From Owenia fusiformis (taxonomy: Eukaryota), in the NCBI GenBank assembly GCA_903813345.2, contig CAIIXF020000001.1, positions 33,604,001 through 33,668,000 of the forward strand: a DNA stretch of 64,000 nucleotides, in the 5' to 3' direction. Position 1 is the stretch's first letter. Each line of letters begins with the position of its first letter. The position numbers and the translations under genes are program-made. Under the pieces are notes generated by a model. The model was not told the DNA's origin, did no database searches, and was given only the letters and a program-made list of their open reading frames with translations. Of this stretch, positions 1 to 12,288 are shown in pieces.

Positions 1-812
1 GTTTATGCAAATTCCGATTGGACTAATATAAAGGGATATTGTTTCATTATGTGGACTTGAGAAAGTCCGACATACTCATTGCTTTCAACCCAAAACTTAA
101 AATAGGAAGTTATCAAGATCCCAAGAACACGATCGCTACTTAAACAATACGTTTGTAAAATCCCGGCGATCGAAATGCAATCAAACTTTCGCAATCAGGT
201 GCCTAATTAGTCTTTTGATCTCTAAAGTTTTACGACTGAACATTTCAATGAACTCGTGAGAAGCAAACGCAATCATCATATAAACATTTTTCTAGTAAAT
301 CTTAAATAGAGTAAAACCCAGGGAAAAAGATCGCGTGTTCATAGGAATTAGGCATATTTCAATTTTGAAATAACAAAAGTCAGTCTCGGAAGAATTTTCC
401 AAGCATTCCCTGCTTCGATGCGTTTTTATTGCAAGGGCCGTTTAGCGCCGATATGAATTCATTATAGGGCATTAGGGTTGTGCTTTATTTGTTTTATTTA
501 TATAAATGTTATAAAATGTGTACGACACTTTAAATTATTTTTAGGGTTACAATGCATATTTGACTTTTCCCTCTAAACATTTAAAATTCATCTTTTCTTA
601 GTTTGCTTCAATAAAATTAACATTGGATCCCAGACAGTTATCAAATTCTCAGACATTTGATTAATATAGATATTTGTACTTCCTTTGACCAGTGGTGCTG
701 GTGTGACTGAGATTCAAATCTAATCTGTTTCATTTTTATGTAAATTGAGAGGAATAAAGTTTTATTTACAGCGTTTTAACAATCTTAACGTTTGGCGTGC
801 AGCTCAACTTAA

Positions 813-2837
813 GGATATACCAGTGTAACCCTTACGACAATGGTGATATATTTTTAAATTACAGAAATAGAAAATTAACACCCCTATGAAAAGCTCGTTT
901 GTTAACTTCACGTTTTACAAGTGTTCTGTATTAAATATCAAGGACGCAGAATGACGATATATGACGCTTTACGACATAGTAATCCATAGCAACTAAGAGA
1001 TTCTCATTTTCAATGTTGTTTTATCATGACGTCATATAACACTTTTGTTAATGGGTTCTTGGAATATGATACCATTATCTGTGACGTCAGTGACATATTG
1101 CCCCATCAACAAATAAACAAACAAATGAACTATACGTCATCAATTCTTCCAAATAATTCAATAATTTTTGTATATTCTTGTTTCATTCCAGTTTCTGTCC
1201 GTTTCTTTCGTTTATCCCAGTATATGTGTATATGCCCATGTATTACAAATACGACAAATCTAATTTGTAACTTGCTTCTTATTTCGCTACAGTCTGTATG
1301 AGTTTTCATTAAGTTATAGTCTATAGCCTATGTATTGACCAGGGGTATTTAATATCAAAAGGCAACTGTAAAATACAGTATTATATTTTGGAATTTCTAT
1401 AATTCATGTATACACTTATTACACGACGGACACTTAAAGTCCGTGCATGAACATTCATTTATATGTATTTCTATTGAAATCATTACCTTGTTTCGTTTTT
1501 CCTTTCTGTCAAAACAAATACCATCAAACATGTCAAACAAGCCATTTAAACCTTTGTTCAATTTATGTTATTATTCTATATTTTTTTATAATTATAGTTA
1601 CCAGTTAAAAATATTTCCCCAGTGAGTATTAACGAGCATGATCGGACATGCCGGATACAATGCGAAAAACGTCCATAGCCGTTCACAGAAACACATTATT
1701 CGTGTACTACATTCAGTAGACGTATCTTGCTCAAATCCGACAGCTTTACATAAGTGGGGACCTCGGGGTGAGGAATGCACAGGGAATGTACAACCCCACC
1801 CGAAAATCATCAAAAAGCATGCATGCTATATATCACGAGTGAAATCATTCATGCCTGATCTGTGAGGTTATACATGTACTTGTGAAGGCAGTTCATTATT
1901 TAAAGACAGGACATGTTGAGTTTTCACAATTGTTAACCTCAAATGTAACGTTATCCTTTCCTGAAAAATGAACAGAAATATTAGCATATTAGACTAGGAG
2001 TCAAATATGGCTATTATTAGCCATTTTAAATCATCGTTTATTGAATGAATGTCTTACTGGGGCATCTAGCCCTCAATTTATTCATAATTTATAATATTTT
2101 GAAATGTTGTTTATCATGTGGACTTAGCTAGTTTTTGTTTTTGTGAGCAGTGGATTTTGTTAATTCTTGAGAAAGACGTCATATATTTAGTTAAATTATG
2201 ACGCAAATTGACCAGTGGCTTTTGTATCATTGTTAAAGCACACCAATCTTCAACGGCATTTTCAAGCGTAAAACAGACCGTTGACCCTATGTTTTTTTTA
2301 TATCAAAATAAACATGAGAACACCTTTTTTAGAATAAGCAAATAAAAAAAATACCACAATCCATTGGAAATTTGCGTAATTTTCGATTCAAAACGTGTCA
2401 AAATGCGAAAATGAAAAAGATATGTTTTTAATGGAAAAACGTTACAAAAATTCACAAATATTGTTGGGGTAGGGGTAACACTTTAAGTGAAAAAAGTAAG
2501 AAAAAATGTCCTGAGTGTACCAATATTCGAACCAATGTAATTATGTATAAACGAAGTTTATATAGGCTCGAAAAAGATTGTCAATACTCCCTAAATCATC
2601 ATTTTATCGACGAAATATAGGAAAATATGTTTTTTTGCTTTGGAATCAATGGCGCCTCAAATGTTCAAATGATGATAACGTCACACCTATTTTCAGAAGC
2701 TTCTCATGAAAAAAGTAATCCGTTGATCTACCTTTTTTATTACATTTTTCGAATCGCTACATCTAAGTCTATAATAAAAACCTAGTTTCGTTGAGATTGA
2801 AAATGGTCGATTTTTCAGAGGTTACACTGGTATATCC
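813..2837. mobile_element. Non-autonomous Kolobok-type DNA transposon
   Basis: TIR GGATATACCAGTGTAACC ... GGTTACACTGGTATATCC, flanked on both sides by TTAA (809-812, 2838-2841). TTAA TSD with purine-purine termini fits Kolobok. No intact ORF. Confidence 0.75.
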
Positions 2838-5699
2838 TTAATACACAATCAAAGGTCAGAATACAGAAATAAGAACATGCCTTTTATTTGTTATTCAAGC
2901 TCGAGCAATATCCCCGTTATAAAACCAAAATAATTACTGCGGTTAGGTACCATATCTTGATTACGGTAAAGACAGGCCATCTCATTCTGGTATGCCAGAG
3001 CCACTCTTACATGTATCTGCCGATTGTGGAAGGATAAAGACAAAGGGGTCGCGGCTATCGCGATGAGGCCATCCGATTTCTAGGAATTATTTCTGCCTCT
3101 CATTCCTTAAACCGGCTTCGTTAAACAGTGCCAAAATATATAAGTCGGAGCCAAAAACAAGACTAATTTTTATATTTAAATCCCCTCACCTTGTCAATGT
3201 CTATGCCTGCATCTAGTTTTATACAGATATATACACATAGATTACTTACTGGCCATGGACGGGGGGGGGGGGGGCACAGAAACGAACATTCTGGGGTCAT
3301 AAGGGATACTTCGGGAAGGGGGAGAGGTGGTGGTGAATAGTAAAGTCCGGGAGTGAAGTTAATGGGTACTGAAATCTTTCTTTTGATATTTAGTGCTTGA
3401 ATGGAGACTTGTTTCCACTCCCCGCATTCTAGTAGAATTTAAATATTTGATCCAAAGGAGTTATTTTAAATCAAACTTGCATTCCGATTAATTAACACTC
3501 CAATGATTGTACCGCTTCACTATTGTCTAAGATAATTATAATGAATTCACGGGACACTATAGTCTTCCTTTTAAACTTTAGTGGTTGGATGGAGACTTGT
3601 TTCCCCACCCCGTACTCTAGTAAATTTGTAAATTTTAAATATTTGCTTTAGGGAGGTATTTGCAATCCAACTCTGATGGTGCAAGACTAGTCAGCCAAGA
3701 CTAATTATGAAGTTATTATCATTTAGACTATTGAGTTCATTAAATTATAATTCCATAGATATCATATTTAATCCTGTCAACACAATAATGGTATTAATTG
3801 GCATGATATGTAGTCAGAGACGGTTTAAAAAGTTGTTTAGATTAATGATAGTATTAGGAAAAATCCTAACTCAAAGTTTTTGTTCTCTCGCAATCCAGAG
3901 CAAACCACTCGCCGGGCAAGCATTCTTTAAAAACGTGAAGTTTTCACCATGTTGAGCAGTTTTGAAAATTGTCCAATTTGAACCATCGCCTTGTATATTT
4001 CTGTAACTGCCCCCCCCACCTTGACACTCGAGTGTAAAAATCCTTTCCACACTGTCAATGGTTTTACAAAATAGTTCATGTCAGGAAGGGGGAGGGGTGA
4101 GTGTGGAGAACAATCACTGACTGCGATTTGTATGATTGAACATTATACACTTATCATAGATTCGTAAAGAATAGTTTTAAAATAAACAGCTTGTTTTATG
4201 TTATGATTGGAGTGATGTATGCATAGAAGAATGACACTGGTTTTGAAATATCTTAATTATCTTAATTATCCCATTGAATGAAGCCATCCGTCCCTCTGTC
4301 CATTCTTAACTCATACTAGTGGACTGATTTGATTTAAAGGAGAAGTCTCGTTGTAGAACGTGTACACACTAATGGGAACGAATTTTACTCATTTCTATTT
4401 AGGATTCGTTCATATACTAGCGGGGTTTTAGAGCATTTACAAACGCACGAATTGTATTGTTTTAAGGCAACTTTTATGACATATAATGTATTTAAAGCTG
4501 ATTAATTTTAGATTATATTCGGTTCAATTTTACAAATAATGAATAGTATTACAGTATATCGAAAAATATACAATGATTTACATTAAATTGCAAACAATGT
4601 ACATGGTTGGCGAATTTGCATGCGCGTTCTTGATAATAAGAATTAAAGGTTGAACTTAAAAATCAAACATTTTCTTTTTTAAACATAATAAATCTTTAAA
4701 TCAAGAAAATAAAAATAAGATTGATGATTGAGCTTTTCATAGTCAACTGCGACTGTGTCGACGCATGTTTATTTACTTAGCTAATTAGATATGTAAAATT
4801 GTTAATGGCCGCAACGGATAATACGTACATGTAAGCTGTTCGGATAAGACATTTCTATATGATTAATAACAAATCCCAGAAAGAATGTTATTCAACAGTA
4901 ACTGATCTTATTAGTTATTATTCAATTTGGATAATAAATCTATTATCTCGTCGTATTGATGTTTATTATATAGTGTTTCTCGTTGTGTACAGATTAGGCC
5001 ATTCAAAATTAATTATATGTTGGCATTCTGATGAAGGGCCTTATATTAAAAATAGCAAAACCTTTATTTATTTAAAGGGTTTTATATATTATTTAATAGT
5101 GAAAATACAATAACACACTGTGGGAAGGCAAGCAACACACCTCTTCATTCAGATGAGCTTGTTAATGAAGACAATACTGAAGCCTATATACACATAGTTT
5201 TTAATCAATCTTGGAACTCATTTCACACAATATAATCCAAGATCACAATTCCCTTTTTCATTTATATGCATTACAAGTACAGCGTACATAGGAACATTTT
5301 GTTTTTTCTGAAAACATAGAATTTAGTGACATTAATTATAAAAACATCTTTGAATGGCCTAAGTGTTTTTCTAAATAGTGTATAAGTAGGGAATTTTATG
5401 GAAGTGCTCTTGTGTGCATTTAATTACATTCATTTTATCCTAATTGCCCATGGGCATTAAAACAATAATCACATCCCAACTCTTAAAACATGCTTAAGAT
5501 ACTGTTGGATCTCAAAAGGCAACAAGAACATTCATTTTTGAAACAGGAAAATTTAGTCCCCCTAAAAATGCCCATATAGGGATTTATTCTCAAGATTTTT
5601 TGTAATTGCCCGTGAGAATTTATTAAGAATATTTTTATTTCCATTCACATGTCTTATTATCAGTCACAATCAAAATTAAGCCAATTGCTTTCATTTCTT

Positions 5700-6835
5700 G
5701 TATTAGAAAATGGCAAAATTTTGACAAAAATAGCATCTCTCAAAGTTGACCTTTAAACCACCCTAATGTCAAGGTCAAATGTCAAAATTCTCAGAAATCA
5801 CATTTTAAGTAATAATTCATACTTCCTCTTCAATTCCATGTCAATATATACTTGTTTTGTAGGGGGGCTAAAAGAGGGGTTTACCGCCACCTGTCCTTTG
5901 ACGTTTGAGTTAGGAATTAAGTGTAGAATGTTCTCAGGAATCCGAATCTGCAAATCAAATGTCAATCCGACTTCCGGTTCTGAAGTTATGGCGTGTCCTA
6001 AAAGTAGGTCAAAATAAAAATTCGCCAAATTTAACGTATGAGTTATGAATTAGAGGTAGAATTTTCTCAGGAATCCGGATCTGCAAACCAAATTTCGATC
6101 AGACTTCCCATTCATAAGTTATGGCGTTTTGAAAGCTCAAAAATCGCTAAATTTGGTGCCCCATGTTATGGCAATGGGAAAAAAGATTTTTTTGAAGTGT
6201 AAAATCTGAGATATAGACTGAGTACAGCTTTACATAATGAAAGCCTATAAAAGAAAGGGACCTCAAAAGCTATCTAGCTTCAAAATTTGGACACCAAAAT
6301 GGCTAGGTCAAAATCTAGGTCAAATTTATAGTTTTTACTTATTTTTGCGATTCTGACACTGCACTTTAATTATTTGCTTCAAAATTTTGTATACAGGTAG
6401 CAAAGAGTGTGTTAATAGTGTTAGCCTTTTGCCGTCAGAAAGTATTTTGACCCACTTTTGAGATATAGTGTCCGAAATATAGGTCAACATGAAAGGTTCT
6501 CCAAATTTAACGTATGAGTTATGAATTAAGGGTAGAATTTTCTCAGGAATCCGAATCTGCAAATCAAATTTCAATCCGACTACCGGTCAAATATTCTTAC
6601 TTACCTACCTACATGTACCTACTCGGCTACCTACTTAGCTATCTACTTCTCAGCTACCTACTCAGCTACATACTTAGCTACTTACTCAGCTACCTACTCA
6701 GTTGCTTACTCAGCTGCCTACTAAGCTACTTACTCAATTACTTAATCAGCTTCCTACTCAGTTACTTACTCAGCTCTTTACACAAGTAAATCAATCTGGA
6801 GTTTTAAATTGAACTTTGTTCAATTTACCAATCTA
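5700..6835. repeat. Dispersed repeat family copy ending in a CTACTCAG-type minisatellite
   Basis: 5930-6835 aligns with 33430-34265 (ttctcaggaatccgaatctgcaaa subrepeats, tactcagc tail, aatcaatctggag end). Partial relatives occur near 22090 and 31300. Confidence 0.65.
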
Positions 6836-6986
6836 GTTATCTTTACATATGCAATGTAATCAAAGAACCAATACAAGTACCACAAAGAACCAACACAAGT
6901 AAATCAATCTGGAGTCTTAAATTGAACTTTGTTCAATTTACCAATCTAGTTATCTTTACATATGCAATGTAATCAAAGAACCAATA
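6780..6986. repeat. Local tandem duplication of ~94 bp
   Basis: acacaagtaaatcaatctggag...caaagaaccaata occurs at 6780-6873 and again at 6893-6986, directly left of the LTR element. Confidence 0.85.
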
Positions 6987-6991
6987 TTGTC

Positions 6992-7270
6992 TGTAAACTT
7001 GTTCTCGCTACCGTACCTTAGTCGATGCCAATTACTCTGTACGAGGGGCCCCTTTGAAGATCTCCTACGCACGATTCCTTCTAGTATTACATTATAGCTC
7101 AGTGTGTTTTTCCAGTCTTTTCCCTGGCTTCTCAAAACGTGAACTGCCTCTTTTCTTCTCATAGGTAATTATTGGCTTATTATTGGCTCTATTGAAATAT
7201 TTCTCAAATAATTGTTCGCCATCTATATGTTATACAAATGCTAACTTATGTACATTACTTGTTCATCACA
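6992..7270 (-). repeat. 3' LTR (279 bp)
   Basis: Appears identical to 13530-13808. Adjacent polypurine tract reads AGGGGGAAGA on the minus strand (7271-7280). Confidence 0.96.
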
Positions 7271-7533
7271 TCTTCCCCCTTTCTTTTGACTGTTTTTACT
7301 CTTTGTTGTTTTTTTTTTATAAAAATAGTCACATATTAAAACTGTGTGTCTCGTCTTTAAGGATAAATTCTCCTTTCCAAACTATACATGACGTAAGAAG
7401 GATGATTTTTCCTTTAAAAGTTAAAATCATTTAATTACTTATTTACATGTCACTTATTGTCATTTTCAATTCTGACTCTTTAAGTCATTGTTATGATATT
7501 CACTTGTCACTTGTTATTGTTTATTTTAGTCAT

Positions 7534-10500
7534 TCATAGCCTTGATAATGCATCTGCATTCTTATTTGCACTTCCGGGTCTGTGTATTATTTTGAATCTA
7601 TATTGCTGCAATCCTAGTGCCCATCTCATAAGTCTAGGATTTGTATTCTTCATGGTCTTAAGCCATACAAGTGGGTTGTGGTCTGTCATAACAACAAACT
7701 CTCTGCCTAGTAAGTAGTAGTTCAACTGCTCTATTGCCCATTTCATGGCTAGACACTCCTTTTCTATCACTGAGTAGTTCATCTCTCTGGGCATCATTTT
7801 TCTACTTAAATACATCACTGGATGCTCACCATCACCAAATACTTGGGAAAGAATGCCACTTATCCCATAATCGGATGCGTCAGTTTGTAGTAGGAATGGT
7901 AGTTCAAATACTGGACATCTCAACACTGGGTACTCACACAATTCCTTCTTCAACAAATGGTAAGACTGTTCAGCCTTATCATCCCATGGTATATTCTTCG
8001 GTATTTGTCTTTTTGTGAGTTCTGTAAGTGGATATGATTTTGTTGCATAGTCATCCACGAATCTTCGGTAGTAGCCCGTCATGCCTAGGAAAGTCTTCAA
8101 TAAAGATTTTGTATCAGGTCTGCTGAATCTTTCAATAGCTTCAATTGCACTAGGCTTAGGAGTAACCTTGCCTCCTCCTACCATGTGTCCGCAGTAAACA
8201 ACCTCATGAAAGGCAAACTGGCACTTTGAAGGTTTTACTGTCAAATGATGCTTCCGTAGTCTTCTCATTAATTCTTCTACATGAACAACATGACATTCAA
8301 ATGATTCACTAAAGATCAAAATGTCATCCATGTAGGCTGCTATGTATTCTTCAGCACCTCTAATCAGTTCATCAACCATACGTTGGAATGTTGCTGGAGC
8401 ACCATGAAGTCCAAATGGCATTACTGCAAATTGGTATATTCCCCATGGGGTCCGAAATGCACACTTTTCTTTGCTGTCTTCTGTGAGAGGAATTTGCCAG
8501 AAACCTCTACTTAAGTCACAGACTGTTATCCATTTTGCTTTGGGTAATTTATCTAGAATGTCATCAATTCTAGGCATCAAGTAGTGGTCAAACCGTGAAA
8601 CTGAGTTCAAATAGCGAAAATCAATACACAGCCTCATTGTTTTGTCCTTCTTAGGAATCATTACAATGTTTGATATCCACTCGCTCTTGGATGGTTCTAT
8701 AAATCCCTCTTTCAGCATGTAATCTATTTCTTCTTTGACTACTTTCAGCTGACTTTGTGGAATTCTGTAATTTGGTTGTCTGCATGACTTTTCATCGCCT
8801 GTGTCTACATGATGCTTGATAAGATCTGTTCTGCCTGGATGGTTAGTTAAAACATCTTCATAGCTAGTCAGAAGAGCATCAAATTGACTTCTTTGGTCAT
8901 CTGTCATCTCTGGATTCATTTTGTACTTGAACTTATTCGTTTCTGTATCTCCGTCTTCCACATCAGTAGTATGTAGATTTGTAAATGCATTAGTCATGCT
9001 GTCTTCCGAATCACTGTCATCTTCTTCAGTAAGGATGAAACAGTAGTTATCTCTATCATGATATTTTCTCAGAAGATTAATATGATATGTCTTGGTCTTG
9101 GTTTTGGATATTTGTATTTCATAGTTCACTTTACCATGACGATGTAGAACTTTGTATGGCCCTTGCCATTGTGCCTCTAGCTTGTTATCACTTGACGGCA
9201 ATAACAGAAGAACTTCATCTCCTGGTATGAGACTGACTTGTCTGCTTTTTTCATCATAGTACTGTTTTTGTGTTGTCTTAGCTTCTTTAGCATTTTCTTC
9301 TGCAAGTGATTGTAGGGAGGTCAGTCTATCTCTCATGTTGATTACATATTCTACAACACTTGGGGGGCTATCTTTTGAGGCTTCCCATTTTTCTTTAACA
9401 ACATCTAAGGGTCCTCTTACATCTCGCCCATACAGAAGTTCAAAGGGTGAAAAACCTGTTGAGCTGTTTGGTACCTCTCTGTATGCAAACATAACATATG
9501 GTAAATACACGTCCCATAGTTTAGGCTCAGATGAAACAAACTTGCGAAGCATGTTAATGAGTGTGCCATTGAATCGCTCAACTTGCCCATCTGTTTGCTG
9601 ATGGTAAGGGGTACATTTGATACCTGTCACACCCAGTAATTTGTACACTTCCTTCAGTAGTTTGGACATGAAATTTGTTCCCTGGTCCGTCAAGATTTCT
9701 TCTGCGATTCCTACTCTAGAGAAAACATTGATCAATTCATTCGCTATCTTCTTTGCATCTGTATTCTTCATAGGGATAGCTTCTGGGTATCTGGTCCCAT
9801 AGTCACCAATACAAAGTATGTACTTGTTTCCTTTTAAAGAGCGTATGAAAGGCCCAACAATGTCCATAGCAATTTTCTGGAATGGTACACTAACAACTGG
9901 TAAGGGAATCAATGGAGCTTTGTCAACATCTCTTTTTCTCGCGACTCGTTGGCAATTGTCACATGACTTACAATACAATTTGACATCCTTGAAGATACCT
10001 GGCCAGAAGAATCTTCGGATTATCCTATTGGTTGTTTTTTGTACACCCAGATGTCCTGCTAATGGTATGGTATGAGCTATCTCTAGTATTTGTTTTCTGC
10101 AACCTTTTGGGATTACTATTTGCTCAATCAGTTCATCAACAGCATTTCTTGTAATCCTGTAGATAATACCTTCCTTCTTGATGAAGTATGGTGTCACTCT
10201 GTTTGTATCTGTTGAAATCAATATTTGTTTTCTGATGTCTCTTAAAGTAGAATCTCTGTCCTGCAATTCCTTTAAATCATCTACTCCTACTGCATCTAAC
10301 TTTATATGGTCTTGTTCTTGGTGAGTATTTCTATACTTCTTCTTATCGCTTCTTCTTTGCAACCTTGTCTTTACGATTTTCTCAACATTTTTCTGTTCAA
10401 ATATGGAGTCATCAAACTTAAATGGTAGACCTTTATCATCTGCTGTTTTTACATCATTTTGCTCCGTATTTGCTAATGTAGGACTATTCTGCAACATGTC

Positions 10501-12288
10501 TGTCTTTCCATCGTAATCTCTGTCATTAGACATTGTATCATCATCCATCATAACATTTGTTGCAATATCTCTCGCATCATCCTCGGGTGTAATTAACTTC
10601 ACTTCAGATTTGCTGTCCACCATCTTGTTGTTGCTTTCTTCTTCTATCTGCTGTTTCCATTGTTTTCGTGTTGTGACAAAAGCTGGCTTAGATGTTTTCT
10701 TGTAGATGTATCTGTTCATCTTATCTCTGTCTAGTTGTTTTAAGACATCTTGTCCTAGTAATATAGGAGTAGGCACAGAATCTGACACCACAGCTTTAAC
10801 ATGAAATGTTTCACCACCAATGGAAAAATCAACATCTGTTGTAGGATAGGCTTTATGATCACCATGGACACACGTCATTGTTACTTCATCGGTTGATGAA
10901 ATTTTGTCTGGACTAACCAAGTCTTGATGAATAATTGTTTTACAGCTTCCCGTATCTATGAGAAGTGTGACTTCCTGGTCATTCAAAAATCCTTGTACCG
11001 TTCCATCCTCACTATTGTTATATTGAGAAAAGATATCAGTCTTAGCTTTACAGTGGTAACTTTCCTTGCCTTTTCTACGACATTTACTTGTGACGTGTCC
11101 AAAGGTTTTACAAAATTCACAGTAGTGAGACAAGTCTGTGTTACACTGAGATGATACGTGTCCTATATTCTTGCATTTTTCACATCTCGTAACTGCTTTA
11201 TCGCTGGTACATTCGGTCGAATAATGCCCTTTGTCGCCACAACGGAAGCACTTCGAGTTTTCTTTGATCTTCTTGAGTGTCTCCTCACTGTTGCTAGTTT
11301 GTTCAACAGACTTTGAGTCACTTTCTTGGTTTCTTTGTTGATTTCGTTTATTTCCAAACTTTCTATGTTTATTCTTGTCATTGTCTTCCAAGGTATAGTT
11401 TCTCGCTTCCATATAACTGTCAGCTAATTTGACAACTTCTTCTGTAGTCTTACAGTCATTCTGCTTCACCCATATTTGTATATCATTAGGGAGAGTGCTG
11501 ATAAATTGTTCCTTTATGATGAGGTCTTTCAGCTGATCCCTAGTTTTAGCCTCTTTTGTCCATTTGTCGAAGGTATCTGACAGTCTTACTGAAAAGGCTT
11601 TGACTCCCTCATCACTTGGTCTATGTAGTTTCCTGAAGCGTGTTCTATATGACTCTTCATTTATGGCATATCTTTTTAAAATAGCTGTCTTGACAGTGTC
11701 ATAATCACTAGCTTCTTCTGCTGGTATTCCAACATAAGCTGCTTGAGCTTTTCCTGAGAGTGAAGGAGCAAGCTTGAGTGTCCAGTGTTCCTTTTTCCAC
11801 TTGCACATTGTAGCAGTCCTTTCGAATACAGTTAAAAAGTCTTCAATATCGTCAGTTTCTTTTAACTTTGTGATAAATGGATCCTTTGGACGTTTTTCTT
11901 CATCCTTTTTATTGCTGCGGATTTCCTCGATGAGTTTTCTTTGTTCCTCTCTTTCTTCTCTCCGCTCTTGTGCCCTTATTTCTTCAAGGCGATATCTTTC
12001 TTCTGTGTGAGATTGTTCCATCTTATTAAACATCTCCATCATGTATTTCATCATCATTGTAGTTTCAGTGGTAACTCCTGCACCCAGCATTCCTTTTGAT
12101 GACCTAGGTATGGCACCTGGTTCTGCATCTTCAGCGTTGTCAGGTGGAACATCTTCCAAACCAATTTCATCTAAGGGTTCACTTTTTTCTGCCATGCCTG
12201 TAGATGTATTGGATGCCTTCTGGTCCTTTGGTTTCTTCTTGCTTGGTAGAGTTGGTCTGTCTGAGTAATTTGTTGATCGTGTGTTCAT
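7534..12288 (-). CDS. Gag-Pol polyprotein, 1584 aa: SCAN-like capsid, 3 CCHC knuckles, aspartic protease, integrase, reverse transcriptase, RNase H
   Basis: SCAN-like EQFISTLPNDIQIWV; knuckles CFRCGDKGHYSTEC, CEKCKNIGHVSSQC, CEFCKTFGHVTSKC; protease LIDTGS; integrase H..H..CDNC, AMDIVGP, LTDQGTNF, VERFNGTL, GPY; RT MPFGL and YMDD; RNase H TDASDYG, EKECLA, TDHNPL, NADALSR. No stops or frameshifts. Confidence 0.97.
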   Translation of the reverse strand: MNTRSTNYSDRPTLPSKKKPKDQKASNTSTGMAEKSEPLDEIGLEDVPPDNAEDAEPGAIPRSSKGMLGAGVTTETTMMMKYMMEMFNKMEQSHTEERYRLEEIRAQERREEREEQRKLIEEIRSNKKDEEKRPKDPFITKLKETDDIEDFLTVFERTATMCKWKKEHWTLKLAPSLSGKAQAAYVGIPAEEASDYDTVKTAILKRYAINEESYRTRFRKLHRPSDEGVKAFSVRLSDTFDKWTKEAKTRDQLKDLIIKEQFISTLPNDIQIWVKQNDCKTTEEVVKLADSYMEARNYTLEDNDKNKHRKFGNKRNQQRNQESDSKSVEQTSNSEETLKKIKENSKCFRCGDKGHYSTECTSDKAVTRCEKCKNIGHVSSQCNTDLSHYCEFCKTFGHVTSKCRRKGKESYHCKAKTDIFSQYNNSEDGTVQGFLNDQEVTLLIDTGSCKTIIHQDLVSPDKISSTDEVTMTCVHGDHKAYPTTDVDFSIGGETFHVKAVVSDSVPTPILLGQDVLKQLDRDKMNRYIYKKTSKPAFVTTRKQWKQQIEEESNNKMVDSKSEVKLITPEDDARDIATNVMMDDDTMSNDRDYDGKTDMLQNSPTLANTEQNDVKTADDKGLPFKFDDSIFEQKNVEKIVKTRLQRRSDKKKYRNTHQEQDHIKLDAVGVDDLKELQDRDSTLRDIRKQILISTDTNRVTPYFIKKEGIIYRITRNAVDELIEQIVIPKGCRKQILEIAHTIPLAGHLGVQKTTNRIIRRFFWPGIFKDVKLYCKSCDNCQRVARKRDVDKAPLIPLPVVSVPFQKIAMDIVGPFIRSLKGNKYILCIGDYGTRYPEAIPMKNTDAKKIANELINVFSRVGIAEEILTDQGTNFMSKLLKEVYKLLGVTGIKCTPYHQQTDGQVERFNGTLINMLRKFVSSEPKLWDVYLPYVMFAYREVPNSSTGFSPFELLYGRDVRGPLDVVKEKWEASKDSPPSVVEYVINMRDRLTSLQSLAEENAKEAKTTQKQYYDEKSRQVSLIPGDEVLLLLPSSDNKLEAQWQGPYKVLHRHGKVNYEIQISKTKTKTYHINLLRKYHDRDNYCFILTEEDDSDSEDSMTNAFTNLHTTDVEDGDTETNKFKYKMNPEMTDDQRSQFDALLTSYEDVLTNHPGRTDLIKHHVDTGDEKSCRQPNYRIPQSQLKVVKEEIDYMLKEGFIEPSKSEWISNIVMIPKKDKTMRLCIDFRYLNSVSRFDHYLMPRIDDILDKLPKAKWITVCDLSRGFWQIPLTEDSKEKCAFRTPWGIYQFAVMPFGLHGAPATFQRMVDELIRGAEEYIAAYMDDILIFSESFECHVVHVEELMRRLRKHHLTVKPSKCQFAFHEVVYCGHMVGGGKVTPKPSAIEAIERFSRPDTKSLLKTFLGMTGYYRRFVDDYATKSYPLTELTKRQIPKNIPWDDKAEQSYHLLKKELCEYPVLRCPVFELPFLLQTDASDYGISGILSQVFGDGEHPVMYLSRKMMPREMNYSVIEKECLAMKWAIEQLNYYLLGREFVVMTDHNPLVWLKTMKNTNPRLMRWALGLQQYRFKIIHRPGSANKNADALSRL

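Noticed and set aside
1638..1865. Possible Kolobok accessory (KolX) protein remnant
   Set aside because: Only a faint resemblance (KHIIRVLHSVDVSC); it cannot be supported without a profile search.
6514..6789. ORF with LLSY repeats (and the LLTQ ORF at 33977)
   Set aside because: Minisatellite translation artefact.
7734..12268. Plus-strand ORFs overlapping gag-pol
   Set aside because: Antisense shadows of the real ORF, with no independent motifs.
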